Source: Candidatus Micrarchaeota archaeon (GTDB taxonomy: Archaea > B1Sed10-29 > B47-G15). From it: a stretch of DNA of 64,000 bases. The stretch is from the NCBI GenBank assembly GCA_003660975.1, contig QMVG01000005.1, positions 1 through 64,000 on the forward strand, given 5' to 3'. Positions 55,857 through 64,000 of this stretch are shown here, piece after piece. Position numbers and translations under genes: made by a program. The stretch's first letter is position 1, and every line of letters starts with the position of its first letter. The notes under the pieces were generated by a model. It saw only the letters and a list, made by a program, of their open reading frames with translations, was not told the origin of the DNA and made no database searches.

Positions 55857-56555
55857 ATGATTAGTGTAGATAAGGCAGTTATTGCCAGATATGAGCATAA
55901 AGGCAAGAACTTTGAGGTACTTGTTGAGCCTGAAAGGGCGCAGGAAGTCAGGAAAGGGAATAAGGTCCCACTTGACGAGCTCGTGGCAGACATGGAAGTG
56001 TTTTCAGATGTCAACAAAGGAGAGAGGGCAAAGAGAGAGGACATAATAGAAGCATTCGGGACAGACGATTTTGAAACTATCTTGTATTATATTTTGAGGC
56101 ACGGAAACATTCAGATAACAACAGAGCAGAGGAGAAAAATGCAGGAAGCGAAGAGGAAGAAAATCATAAATATGATTGCTAAGAACGCTGTTGACCCTAA
56201 TACTCATATGCCACACCCAATGCAGAGAATTGAAAACGCAATGAAGGAGGCCAATATCCACATTGACCCATTTAAGAGCCCTGAAGAGCAATTGGATGCA
56301 GTGATATCTGCTCTGAGGAGAATACTCCCACTGAAAATCGAAACAGATGTAATTGAAATAATAATTCCAGCAACTTATGCTGCAAGGGTTTACGGAACTC
56401 TCAAAAAATACAAAATGACAAAAGAAAGATGGTTGGATGACGGTTCGCTTTATGCCCTATTTGAGCTGCCAACTGCTGTCGAATCAGAGTTCCTGGACTT
56501 TGTCAACAAGATAACTGCTGGAAATGTTGAAACAAAGATCATTGAAAGAAAATAA
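55857..56555 (+). CDS. ribosome maturation factor SBDS/Sdo1
   Basis: AVIARY, FEVLV, FGTDD, ITTEQRR, PHP. Confidence 0.95.
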   Translation: MISVDKAVIARYEHKGKNFEVLVEPERAQEVRKGNKVPLDELVADMEVFSDVNKGERAKREDIIEAFGTDDFETILYYILRHGNIQITTEQRRKMQEAKRKKIINMIAKNAVDPNTHMPHPMQRIENAMKEANIHIDPFKSPEEQLDAVISALRRILPLKIETDVIEIIIPATYAARVYGTLKKYKMTKERWLDDGSLYALFELPTAVESEFLDFVNKITAGNVETKIIERK

Positions 56556-56564
56556 GGAGATTAT

Positions 56565-57161
56565 ATGAAAAGATTTGTAATACCTGGAGAAAAATTGGAA
56601 GGAAGACCAAACGCCCACTATTATAGGGAAGGAAATAACTACTACTCACAAGTGTTTGGCATATTGGAAAAGAAAGACAACTTCCTCAAGATAGTGCCAC
56701 TTAAAGGAAAATACATGCCACACAAAGGAGATTATGTAATAGGAATCGTTATTGATGTTAAATACGGCGGTGTTATTGTTGACATAAACAGCTCCCATTT
56801 TGCATTCCTGCCAACCAAGAACTCCCTCAACTACAAAGACATTGTATCAGCAGAAGTAATAGACATTGATGAAGTAAGAAATGCAACACTGGGTAATGAA
56901 AGGAAACTTTTCGGTGGTGAGATAATAGAGATAAACCCTGTTAGGATACCTAGGGTAATAGGAAAGAACAACTCAATGCTCAAATTACTAAAAGATAAAA
57001 CTGGCTGTTCGTTCTTCGTTGGAAGGAATGGCCGCATATGGATAAAAGGAAAGAATTCTCCGATTTTAGCGGATGCAATCTTTAAAATAGAAAGAGAGGC
57101 CCATACATCCGGCCTTACTGAAAGAATAGAAAAGTATTTAGATGAAATGTTGAAAGGGTGA
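56565..57161 (+). CDS. rrp4: exosome RNA-binding subunit Rrp4
   Basis: VIPGE, YMPHKGDYVIG (S1), IPRVIGK and VGRNGRIW (KH). Confidence 0.93.
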   Translation: MKRFVIPGEKLEGRPNAHYYREGNNYYSQVFGILEKKDNFLKIVPLKGKYMPHKGDYVIGIVIDVKYGGVIVDINSSHFAFLPTKNSLNYKDIVSAEVIDIDEVRNATLGNERKLFGGEIIEINPVRIPRVIGKNNSMLKLLKDKTGCSFFVGRNGRIWIKGKNSPILADAIFKIEREAHTSGLTERIEKYLDEMLKG

Positions 57162-57166
57162 ATTAA

Positions 57167-57901
57167 ATGGGAATGAAAAAAGAAGGTTTAAAACTGTTTG
57201 AGAATGGAAAAAGAATTGACGGAAGGGCATATGATGAACTGAGACCGATAAAGATGGAGGTAGGTGTCTTAAAAAGAGCAGATGGTTCCTGCTACCTTGA
57301 GTGGGGAGGAAACAAGGTTTTAGCAGCTGTGTACGGACCCAGAGAATGTTTGCCTAGGCACACACAAGACCCTTTGAAAGCAAGAATAAATTACAGGTAT
57401 AATATGGCTCCTTTCAGCACAGATGAGAGAGTGAGGCCAGGACCCAGTAGGCGAAGCATTGAAATATCAAAGCTCAGCAAAGAAGCCCTAGAACATGTGA
57501 TTTTTACGGAATACTTTCCAAAAACCAGTATAGATATATTCGTTGAGATATTGCAAGCAGATGCAGGAACTCGCTGTGCTGGTCTAACGGCAGCTAGCCT
57601 TGCGCTTGCTGATGCAGGCATACCTATGAAAAGCTTGATAACTGCCTGTGCTGCTGGGAAGATAGATGGGAAAGTCGTATTGGACTTAGGAAAGCTAGAG
57701 GATAACTTTGGGGAAGCAGATTTGCCAATTGCATACATGCCAAGGACAAAGGAACTTGTCTATCTTCAGATGGATGGTGACTTAACAAAAGATGAGTTTA
57801 AGGAAGCACTAAGATTGGCGCTGAAAGGTTGCGATGAGATATATAGAATTCAGAGAGATGCTTTGAAAAAAGCTTATGAAGGTGAAGTAAATGGTAGATG
57901 A
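57167..57901 (+). CDS. rrp41: exosome catalytic subunit Rrp41
   Basis: RIDGR, ADGSCY, YNMAPFS, ADAGTRCA, EDNFGEAD. Confidence 0.97.
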   Translation: MGMKKEGLKLFENGKRIDGRAYDELRPIKMEVGVLKRADGSCYLEWGGNKVLAAVYGPRECLPRHTQDPLKARINYRYNMAPFSTDERVRPGPSRRSIEISKLSKEALEHVIFTEYFPKTSIDIFVEILQADAGTRCAGLTAASLALADAGIPMKSLITACAAGKIDGKVVLDLGKLEDNFGEADLPIAYMPRTKELVYLQMDGDLTKDEFKEALRLALKGCDEIYRIQRDALKKAYEGEVNGR

Positions 57902-58685
57902 AAATGAAATTGTGTGGTTAGTAAAAAAGGACGCTGTAGCAGATATGATAAAAAATGGAAAGAGAAGTGATGGAAGAAAAGCATATGAATACAGGCCTAT
58001 TGAGATAATTACAGATTATGTGAAAAGAGCAGAAGGCAGTGCATATATAAAACTTGGAAACACACAAATCTTGGTGGGCGTGAAAATGGATGTGGGCCAG
58101 CCATACTCCGATTCTCCAAATATGGGAACATTGATAACTAACGCTGAGCTTGTTCCTCTGGCTTCTCCTGTTTTTCAGCCAGGCCCTCCTAACGAAAACG
58201 CAATAGAACTGGCAAGAGTTGTTGATAGAGGCATAAGAGAGAGCAAGATGATTGACTTTGAAAAACTGTGCATCACAGAAGGCGAAGAGGTCTGGAATGT
58301 GCTAATAGACATCCACGTCCTTGATTTTGACGGAAACTTAATAGATGCAGCAACTTTGGCGGCTGTTAAAGCTTTGTGGACTGCAAAGATGCCAAGATAT
58401 GAGGATGGAAAGGTGATATACGAGGACAAAAAGGATAGTCTTCCTGTCAGCAAAAAGCCAGTGGCTTGCACCTTTGCAAGATTTGGCAATGTAAGTATTT
58501 TAGACCCTTCTTTAGAAGAAGAAAAAAGCATGGACGGCAAAATAACCATTACCACAACTGACGATGGGAAGATATGCGCTGTACAGAAAAGCGGGATAAC
58601 TAAAATTAGCGTTCCTGAGCTTGAAAATTTGATAGACGTTGCCCTTGAGAAGGGAAATGAAATTAGAAAGACTTACTTAGGGTGA
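57891..58685 (+). CDS. rrp42: exosome subunit Rrp42
   Basis: AEGSA, GPPNENAIELARVVDRGIRES, DGNLIDA. Confidence 0.97.
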   Translation: MVDENEIVWLVKKDAVADMIKNGKRSDGRKAYEYRPIEIITDYVKRAEGSAYIKLGNTQILVGVKMDVGQPYSDSPNMGTLITNAELVPLASPVFQPGPPNENAIELARVVDRGIRESKMIDFEKLCITEGEEVWNVLIDIHVLDFDGNLIDAATLAAVKALWTAKMPRYEDGKVIYEDKKDSLPVSKKPVACTFARFGNVSILDPSLEEEKSMDGKITITTTDDGKICAVQKSGITKISVPELENLIDVALEKGNEIRKTYLG

Positions 58686-58689
58686 TAAG

Positions 58690-59013
58690 ATGAAAAAGAA
58701 GAAAGGAAAACTGGGAAGCGCTGCCAGATACGGAGCAAGATACAGTTCTGTCTTGAAACAAAAAGTAAACAAAATCGAGAAGATTCAAAAAAGACCTCAA
58801 ATATGTCCACAGTGTGGCAGAAAGTCATTGAAAAGAGTGAGCTTTGCCATATGGGAGTGCAGCAAATGCGGTCTAATAATGGCTGGCGGGGCATACAGCC
58901 CGCGAACTAGAATAGGGCTGGCTGCTGAAAAGATAGTTAGTGGGAAGGGAAGCAAAGAAGAGGTGCTATCTCTTCTGGAAGAAGAGAATAAAGAAGAGAA
59001 GGTGGAGGCATGA
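58690..59013 (+). CDS. rpl37ae: ribosomal protein eL43 (L37ae)
   Basis: RYGARY, CPQC...WECSKC, AGGAYSP. Confidence 0.95.
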   Translation: MKKKKGKLGSAARYGARYSSVLKQKVNKIEKIQKRPQICPQCGRKSLKRVSFAIWECSKCGLIMAGGAYSPRTRIGLAAEKIVSGKGSKEEVLSLLEEENKEEKVEA

Positions 59014-59138
59014 CTTGGAAGTGTTTTAGGTGTGGAAAGAAAATTGATGACATAAATGCAGTAAAATGCCCTTACTGTGGATATAGGATTCTCATTAAAG
59101 AAAGACCTCCCATTGCAAAGAAACTGAGAACTGACTGA
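59010..59138 (+). CDS. rpoP: RNA polymerase subunit P (Rpo12); not in ORF track
   Basis: MTWKCFRCGKKIDDINAVKCPYCGYRILIKERPPIAKKLRTD*; expected position after rpl37ae. Confidence 0.95.
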   Translation: MTWKCFRCGKKIDDINAVKCPYCGYRILIKERPPIAKKLRTD

Positions 59139-59143
59139 GTTTT

Positions 59144-59611
59144 ATGTTGTTGATAAGCAGTTCCAGAAAACCTTCAAGGAAGACAAGGACTTTAGCCAGG
59201 CAGTTAGCAAAAGCAGTGCCTCACTCGCGTTATATCACAAGGGGAAAGAAAAATATTGATGCCTTATGTTCAGAAGCACGGCGCTTGGGTTATTCAAGAA
59301 TTGCTATCATATATGAAAAACACGGCAATCCAAGTCAGATCCACTTTATAGAGAACCACGTAGATTCGTGGGAATGGCTTCCTGAAATAATCCAGATAGA
59401 GCACAGTAGTATCAATGAAAAAATAAAAAAGGCGTTTGAGGAAATTAAAGTACTGGGTGAAAACAAGGATAAGATAACAAAGCTGTTTAACACAGAAACA
59501 TCAGATGAAACAGAAAATGTCATAGAGGCTGAAAAAAATACCATCAAGGTTAAAAAGCATAAAAAGGAATTTGTGTTCATAAAGTATAGGATAATAAAAA
59601 AGGAGGTTTAA
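59144..59611 (+). CDS. Brix/Imp4-domain ribosome biogenesis protein
   Basis: ISSSRKPSRKTRTLA, TRGKK, EKHGNP. Confidence 0.9.
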   Translation: MLLISSSRKPSRKTRTLARQLAKAVPHSRYITRGKKNIDALCSEARRLGYSRIAIIYEKHGNPSQIHFIENHVDSWEWLPEIIQIEHSSINEKIKKAFEEIKVLGENKDKITKLFNTETSDETENVIEAEKNTIKVKKHKKEFVFIKYRIIKKEV

Positions 59612-59613
59612 GG

Positions 59614-59955
59614 ATGGCAGAAGAAGATTTGCAAAAGCAGTTGGTCTTTGCAGATAGCCTGCAGAGGCAATTGCAGAACATATTAGGACAAAAACAGTTC
59701 TTGGAATTGGAAAATGTTCAGATAAACAACAGCTTGGCTGAGCTTGAGAAAGCCAAAGGCAAGGTATTTAAGGCAGTTGGAAATGTCCTTATTGAAAAAG
59801 ACGTGAAAAAACTTATAGATGAGCTCAATGAAAAGAAAAAACAAAACGACGAGAAAATAGAAAAGCTTAAAAAGCAGGAAGAAATGATTAACTCAAAATT
59901 AACCGAGGTGCAGAAGGGCATTGAGGAGAAGCTGAAAAATAAGAAGAATGAATAA
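59614..59955 (+). CDS. pfdB: prefoldin beta subunit
   Basis: Coiled coil with central KVFKAVGNVLIE hairpin. Confidence 0.93.
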   Translation: MAEEDLQKQLVFADSLQRQLQNILGQKQFLELENVQINNSLAELEKAKGKVFKAVGNVLIEKDVKKLIDELNEKKKQNDEKIEKLKKQEEMINSKLTEVQKGIEEKLKNKKNE

Positions 59956-60002
59956 GCTTTAAATATGAATACTGGTTTATAGAATAGAGAGGCTGATTTG
60001 CT

Positions 60003-60242
60003 ATGTATAAGCTAAGCGATGTTTATGGAAAGAGGATATTTGACCAGCATAGTAATTTCATAGGCACTGCGCGAGATGTGCTTATAGACCCTGCAGAGAA
60101 AAGGATAAAGTTTTTGCTCAAAGAAGACCCTATGAGCATTCTTGGAAGGGATAGAGTAGAAGCCAAGAAATTCATAAAAGAAAACTTCATTCCTTTTGAA
60201 AAAGTAATTGCCATAGGTGACATAATCATATTAAAGGAGTAA
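60003..60242 (+). CDS. PRC-barrel protein (CdpB-like)
   Basis: LSDVYGKRIF...IGTARDVLID...IPFEKVIAIGDIII. Confidence 0.85.
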   Translation: MYKLSDVYGKRIFDQHSNFIGTARDVLIDPAEKRIKFLLKEDPMSILGRDRVEAKKFIKENFIPFEKVIAIGDIIILKE

Positions 60243-60248
60243 GGTATT

Positions 60249-60491
60249 ATGAAGCCAGTAATAGGAAAAAAATTAAAAGGAAGGGCCGTGGTAAGCACAG
60301 CAGGTTTGAGATTGGGAGAGGTTCTGGACGTGTATTTTGAGCGCGGCGGAGAGCTTCTTAGCCTGGTGGTGAAACCAGAGAAAATAACAAAAGACATAGA
60401 AGAGTACATAAATCCAAACAATCTCATTGAGGTGCCTTTTGAAAAAGTACAGGCAATAGGCAGGTATGTTATCGTTGATTTTCCGTTCTGA
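60249..60491 (+). CDS. PRC-barrel protein (CdpB-like)
   Basis: LKGRAVVSTAGLRLGEVLDV...VPFEKVQAIGRYVIV. Confidence 0.85.
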   Translation: MKPVIGKKLKGRAVVSTAGLRLGEVLDVYFERGGELLSLVVKPEKITKDIEEYINPNNLIEVPFEKVQAIGRYVIVDFPF

Positions 60492-60542
60492 ACTTCTTTT
60501 TTATTAATTTTTATAATGAATGCCCTTAGCTGCTTTTCTTTT

Positions 60543-60686
60543 AAAAAGAGAAAAAGGCAAATGTGGTTGTGGAGAGGCAGGGAAACCACACAAATGACCC
60601 CTTTGGCTGGGTGAGCCTTCTCCCATGCCTCTCCTAATTATTAACAACCGTTTCCTTCCTGCCTCTTAAGCCAACTCACCTCCAAT
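60543..60686 (-). ncRNA. candidate structured small RNA
   Basis: CGATAG-TTTTATATA promoter at 60706-60720, GC-richer ~140 nt with several complementary segments, oligo-T end, no credible ORF. Confidence 0.4.
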
Positions 60687-60927
60687 AGTTATAATGAACA
60701 AGTGATATATAAAACTATCGTTTATGTAAAAAATTGGCACAGAAATCCATATAAATAGTATACAATTGTTCAATTATTTAAGTATAAGTTGGATAAATGT
60801 CTATATGTATATAAATAGGTTAAAATCAACACGAAGAATTAGGGCCATCATTGGCAGTTTCTTAAGGGCGCGCAGATATATAAAGATTTTGTCAAAGCTT
60901 AATAAAGTGCTCTTTCTTACTTTATTT

Positions 60928-61951
60928 ATGGGAGTAGATTACCGTAAGCATTTAAGAAACGTTAAGAAAACTTTGGAGATGCGAGCGCTTCTCTTTGGCG
61001 CTGACCTTACATATGTAAGCGGCTGGCCTTCTTCTTACTCAGAAAGCTATGATTGCCTGCTTACTGGAAGGCAAAATTACCTATTTACTTGGGATTATGA
61101 AGTTTTTAAAAGGGTGAGTAAAAAGATAGCTGTAAGGCACGGAAAAAATCTAAAAACTTTTTTGGAAAGCAAACGCATAAAAGAGCTTGGAATCAGGAAG
61201 GATAAGATAAGCTATAAGCTCTACCAAAAATTAAGCAGAAAAACACGTTTGATAGATATATCAGAGGAACTGAAAAAAATAAGGAGCGTGAAGGATACTG
61301 AAGAAATAAAAGCGATAAAAAAAGCATGCAGCTATGCAGACAAAGCAATGGGAGTAGCTATGGAAGTAGTTAGAGAAGGTGTTAGTGAAAGAAAGGTTAG
61401 AAATGAGATTTTGCATGCTGTGATGGATGAATGTGAAAGCATTGCTTTTGAGCCGATAGTGGCAAGCGGAAGGAATTCATTATATATTCACATACTGCCA
61501 GAAAAAAAGAAGATAAAAAAGGCAGAAACAGTAATCGTAGACATCGGCTTTAAAGTAAACAATTACTGCTCTGATTTAAGCAGGACTTTTATAGTAAAGC
61601 CAAGCAAAAAGCAGAAGGAATTGTATGAGAAGGTGCTTGAAGCCCAAAATGTGGCAATGGACTTAGCTTACCCTGGCGTGAAGGCCTCTGAAATATCAAA
61701 AGCCGTTGATGATTTTTTTCAAAAGCAAAGGCCTTGATAAATATGTCAAATATGCTCTTGGTCATGGTGTGGGAATAGAGGTTCACGAAAGCCCTTTGAT
61801 AAGCTCAAAAAGCAAAGACCTGCTGCATGAGAACACAGTATTCACGCTGGAACCTGGCCTGCACATTCCAAAGCTAGGAGGCATACGCATAGAAGACACC
61901 TTTGTCATGACAAAAAAAGGCCCGAAAGCATTAACAAAGGTTGAAAAATAA
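60928..61951 (+). pseudogene. Xaa-Pro aminopeptidase/prolidase (M24) split by a frameshift in a T7 run
   Basis: First frame carries VDIG and YCSDLSRT and stops at 61737. GHGVGIEVHE, TLEPG and GIRIED continue in the +1 frame. Deleting one T at 61713-61719 restores DDFFKSKGLDKY. Confidence 0.85.
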
Positions 61952-61996
61952 GGTTAAAAGCAAAAGATTGGGCTTTTATTCCTATTGGAATAAACG

Positions 61997-62272
61997 TCAA
62001 AGCCCTATGTCTTCCTCAGCTTCCTCTACTTCTGGCATTGCCTTGCCGACTGGTATCACAATGTTTCTGGTTTGGTTCTTGTCTACTGAATAAACTATCC
62101 TTATGTTGCCGAAGGCAGACCTTTCATTGGAAAGCCTTTCTATTCTATCTAGAATATCTTTTGCCTTGACGCTCATCGCTCCTTCAAATATAATATCCTC
62201 TACCTTAAAGCCAGCCTCTTTGAGCATTTTATAAGACTTTACAACTTCATCTTTCATTCCCATATAAACCAC
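61997..62272 (-). CDS. hypothetical protein
   Basis: 91-aa ORF with acidic tail; fills the gap. Confidence 0.6.
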   Translation of the reverse strand: MVYMGMKDEVVKSYKMLKEAGFKVEDIIFEGAMSVKAKDILDRIERLSNERSAFGNIRIVYSVDKNQTRNIVIPVGKAMPEVEEAEEDIGL

Positions 62273-62360
62273 TAAAAATAGGCAGTGCAGATTTATTAAG
62301 CTTGCTCTCAGCTGTGATATTTATTAATGATTAATAGTCTAATAATTCAAACAAATTTCA

Positions 62361-62906
62361 GTGATTAAAATGAATGTAGAGATAATCCGAATTTGCAACT
62401 TTGAGCTCTTTAAGTTCATAAATGGCATGGCAGGAAAAAACACAATTTTAGATACTTTTATGATCCTATCAGCCAAGTACATCATATATATAATACCCAT
62501 ACTGGTCGCTTTAATGCTTATTAAGAAAAGAGATAGGGTGAATGGCATATTGGTAGGCATAAGCACTGTACTGGCCTATGCATTAGTAGAGTTGATAAAC
62601 AGCATATATTATCATGCAAGACCTTTTGCGCTTGGCGTTGGGACAAAACTAATTCCCTATCCTTTGGAAAGCTCATTTCCCAGCGGCCATACTACTTTGA
62701 TGTTTACTGCAGCATTTTCCCTTCTCTTGCTGGGCAAAAAAAAGCTTGCGAAAGTCATGCTGTTTTTGGCTTCAATAGTTGCTTTTTCCAGAATTTACGT
62801 TGGAGTGCACTTTCCAATAGATATATTTGCAGGCGTTGCTTTAGCTTTTTTTGTGTCTGTCTTGGCAATTGAGAGTAAAAACAAAATTATGAGATGGTCA
62901 AAATGA
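62361..62906 (+). CDS. PAP2 family polyprenyl-diphosphate phosphatase (BcrC-like)
   Basis: HARPF, SFPSGH, SRIYVGVHFPIDI. Confidence 0.9.
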   Translation: MIKMNVEIIRICNFELFKFINGMAGKNTILDTFMILSAKYIIYIIPILVALMLIKKRDRVNGILVGISTVLAYALVELINSIYYHARPFALGVGTKLIPYPLESSFPSGHTTLMFTAAFSLLLLGKKKLAKVMLFLASIVAFSRIYVGVHFPIDIFAGVALAFFVSVLAIESKNKIMRWSK

Positions 62907-63517
62907 TAGAGATATTGGGAGAATTGGCCTCATTGATTGTGAATGCAGTTGGAGATATGGGTTATATAGGAATAGTAATTCTCATGTTTTTAGAGAGCTC
63001 CTTCTTTCCATTCCCTTCGGAGATAGTAATGATACCTGCTGGTTATCTTGCCTTCCTGGGAAAAATGGATTTACTGCTGGTTGTTTTTTTCGGTATCCTC
63101 GGCAGCGTTCTCGGAGCTGCCTTTAACTATTGGCTGGGACGGTATTTAGGAAGGCCTATGCTCATTAAATACGGAAAATATTTCTTCTTGAGCAAGGAGA
63201 GATTTGAATTTGTTGAGAGCAAATTTAATGAAAATGGGGAGATGATAACATTTATAGGCAGGTTAATTCCTGGCTTGAGGCAGTACATCTCATTTCCTCC
63301 AGGCATAACTAGAATGAACTTTGCTAAGTTCATGGCGTTTACAGCTATGGGAGCAGGTATATGGGTAAGCATTTTAGCAATACTTGGCTTTTACCTCGGA
63401 AAAAAACAACATTTAATAAATGAATACTTAAGGCAGATAACAATAGTTATCCTTGCACTATGCATTGCTTTGATAATCATATATTTTGTGTGGAAGAAAA
63501 AACAGCGATCACATTGA
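62903..63517 (+). CDS. DedA family membrane protein
   Basis: ESSFFPFPSE, GSVLGAAFNYWLG, GRLIPGLR. Confidence 0.93.
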   Translation: MIEILGELASLIVNAVGDMGYIGIVILMFLESSFFPFPSEIVMIPAGYLAFLGKMDLLLVVFFGILGSVLGAAFNYWLGRYLGRPMLIKYGKYFFLSKERFEFVESKFNENGEMITFIGRLIPGLRQYISFPPGITRMNFAKFMAFTAMGAGIWVSILAILGFYLGKKQHLINEYLRQITIVILALCIALIIIYFVWKKKQRSH

Positions 63518-64000
63518 ACCTTGGGCAGCAATCTCCAGCAACTTGTTTATCTCTATTCGATATTGGAAGGGCAGATGCTTCAGAACGGGTTCAACAAATC
63601 CCTTTATCAAAACTGCTCTTGCAGTTTCCTCATCTAAACCCCTGCTCATCAGGTAAAAGAGTGCCTCCTCATTTAACCTTCCTATGGACGCTTCGTGGGA
63701 AAGCTCAGCGTCTTTATGTTTAGTAAATAATGCAGGCACACTTTCTATTTCGCTCTTATCATCAAGCAATATGCCATCACAGGAGATATGGCCTTTGCAT
63801 TTGCTGAAAGCTTTTATTTCGTCCTCAATAAGGATACTGGAAGCTTCAGAAGCAATTGCCTTGCTTGGCAACACAACAGAGGACTGTTTGCCTCTCACAT
63901 AAACGGTTGCTCCAAGCTTTACTTTGCTGCTTTTGGTGAAAACAATGCTCTCCACAGATACCTTTGAATTATCTCCTCTGATTTCTATCTCAGGATACTC
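63509..64000 (-). CDS. SufB/SufD family Fe-S assembly protein, C-terminal part
   Basis: GHISCDGILL, LSHEASIG, FYLMSRGLDE; frame is open to the window end. Confidence 0.9.
   Translation of the reverse strand, partial: EYPEIEIRGDNSKVSVESIVFTKSSKVKLGATVYVRGKQSSVVLPSKAIASEASSILIEDEIKAFSKCKGHISCDGILLDDKSEIESVPALFTKHKDAELSHEASIGRLNEEALFYLMSRGLDEETARAVLIKGFVEPVLKHLPFQYRIEINKLLEIAAQGSM

Noticed and set aside
27944-59921. Many F/S/L/I-rich antisense ORFs over ths, the aaRS genes and the exosome operon
   Set aside because: Expected shadows of purine-rich coding strands; no SD sites or motifs.
60023-60589. 188-aa minus-strand ORF
   Set aside because: Antisense to two well-supported PRC-barrel genes.
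60690-60927. AT-rich intergenic region as a replication origin
   Set aside because: No ORB-like repeats or adjacent cdc6/orc1; divergent promoters explain it. The track's N-terminal extension of the peptidase from 60766 is also unsupported.

Overview
Gene-dense archaeal chromosome segment (TFB, Gar1, aIF5A, thermosome, exosome, proteasome, archaeal GAPDH and TIM, GGAGG/GAGGTG Shine-Dalgarno sites, BRE-TATA promoters). It is probably from a DPANN-type lineage, which is an inference from gene style and not tested. In order: an AT-rich restriction-modification island cut by the window start; tfb; a ~16 kb glycogen plus glycolysis cluster; surface proteins; trm1 and rnhB; hsp20-thermosome; a DUF72-PfpI-LigD phosphoesterase-HAD operon; tRNA-Cys with cysS, ileS, valS, proS and aIF5A; a TatD-NYN-DUF2226-like-Roadblock-like-MinD-Lsm operon ending at tRNA-Ala with an att-like scar; a tRNA thiolation pair; the rpl15e-RNase P-proteasome-exosome superoperon; two PRC-barrel genes; a frameshifted Xaa-Pro peptidase; PAP2, DedA and a partial sufB/D. 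The best leads are: (1) a complete gar1 gene nested in the +1 frame inside an N-terminally extended tfb ORF; (2) an SD-sequestering GAAA hairpin (candidate RNA thermometer) and a palindromic operator in front of hsp20-thermosome; (3) a promoter-bounded structured ncRNA candidate at ~60.5-60.7 kb; (4) the Roadblock-like/MinD module; (5) a dispersed set of orphan charged proteins with basic leaders; (6) a ValRS lacking its conserved PPP triplet. All family calls come from motif recognition by eye. No database searches or folding calculations were run.
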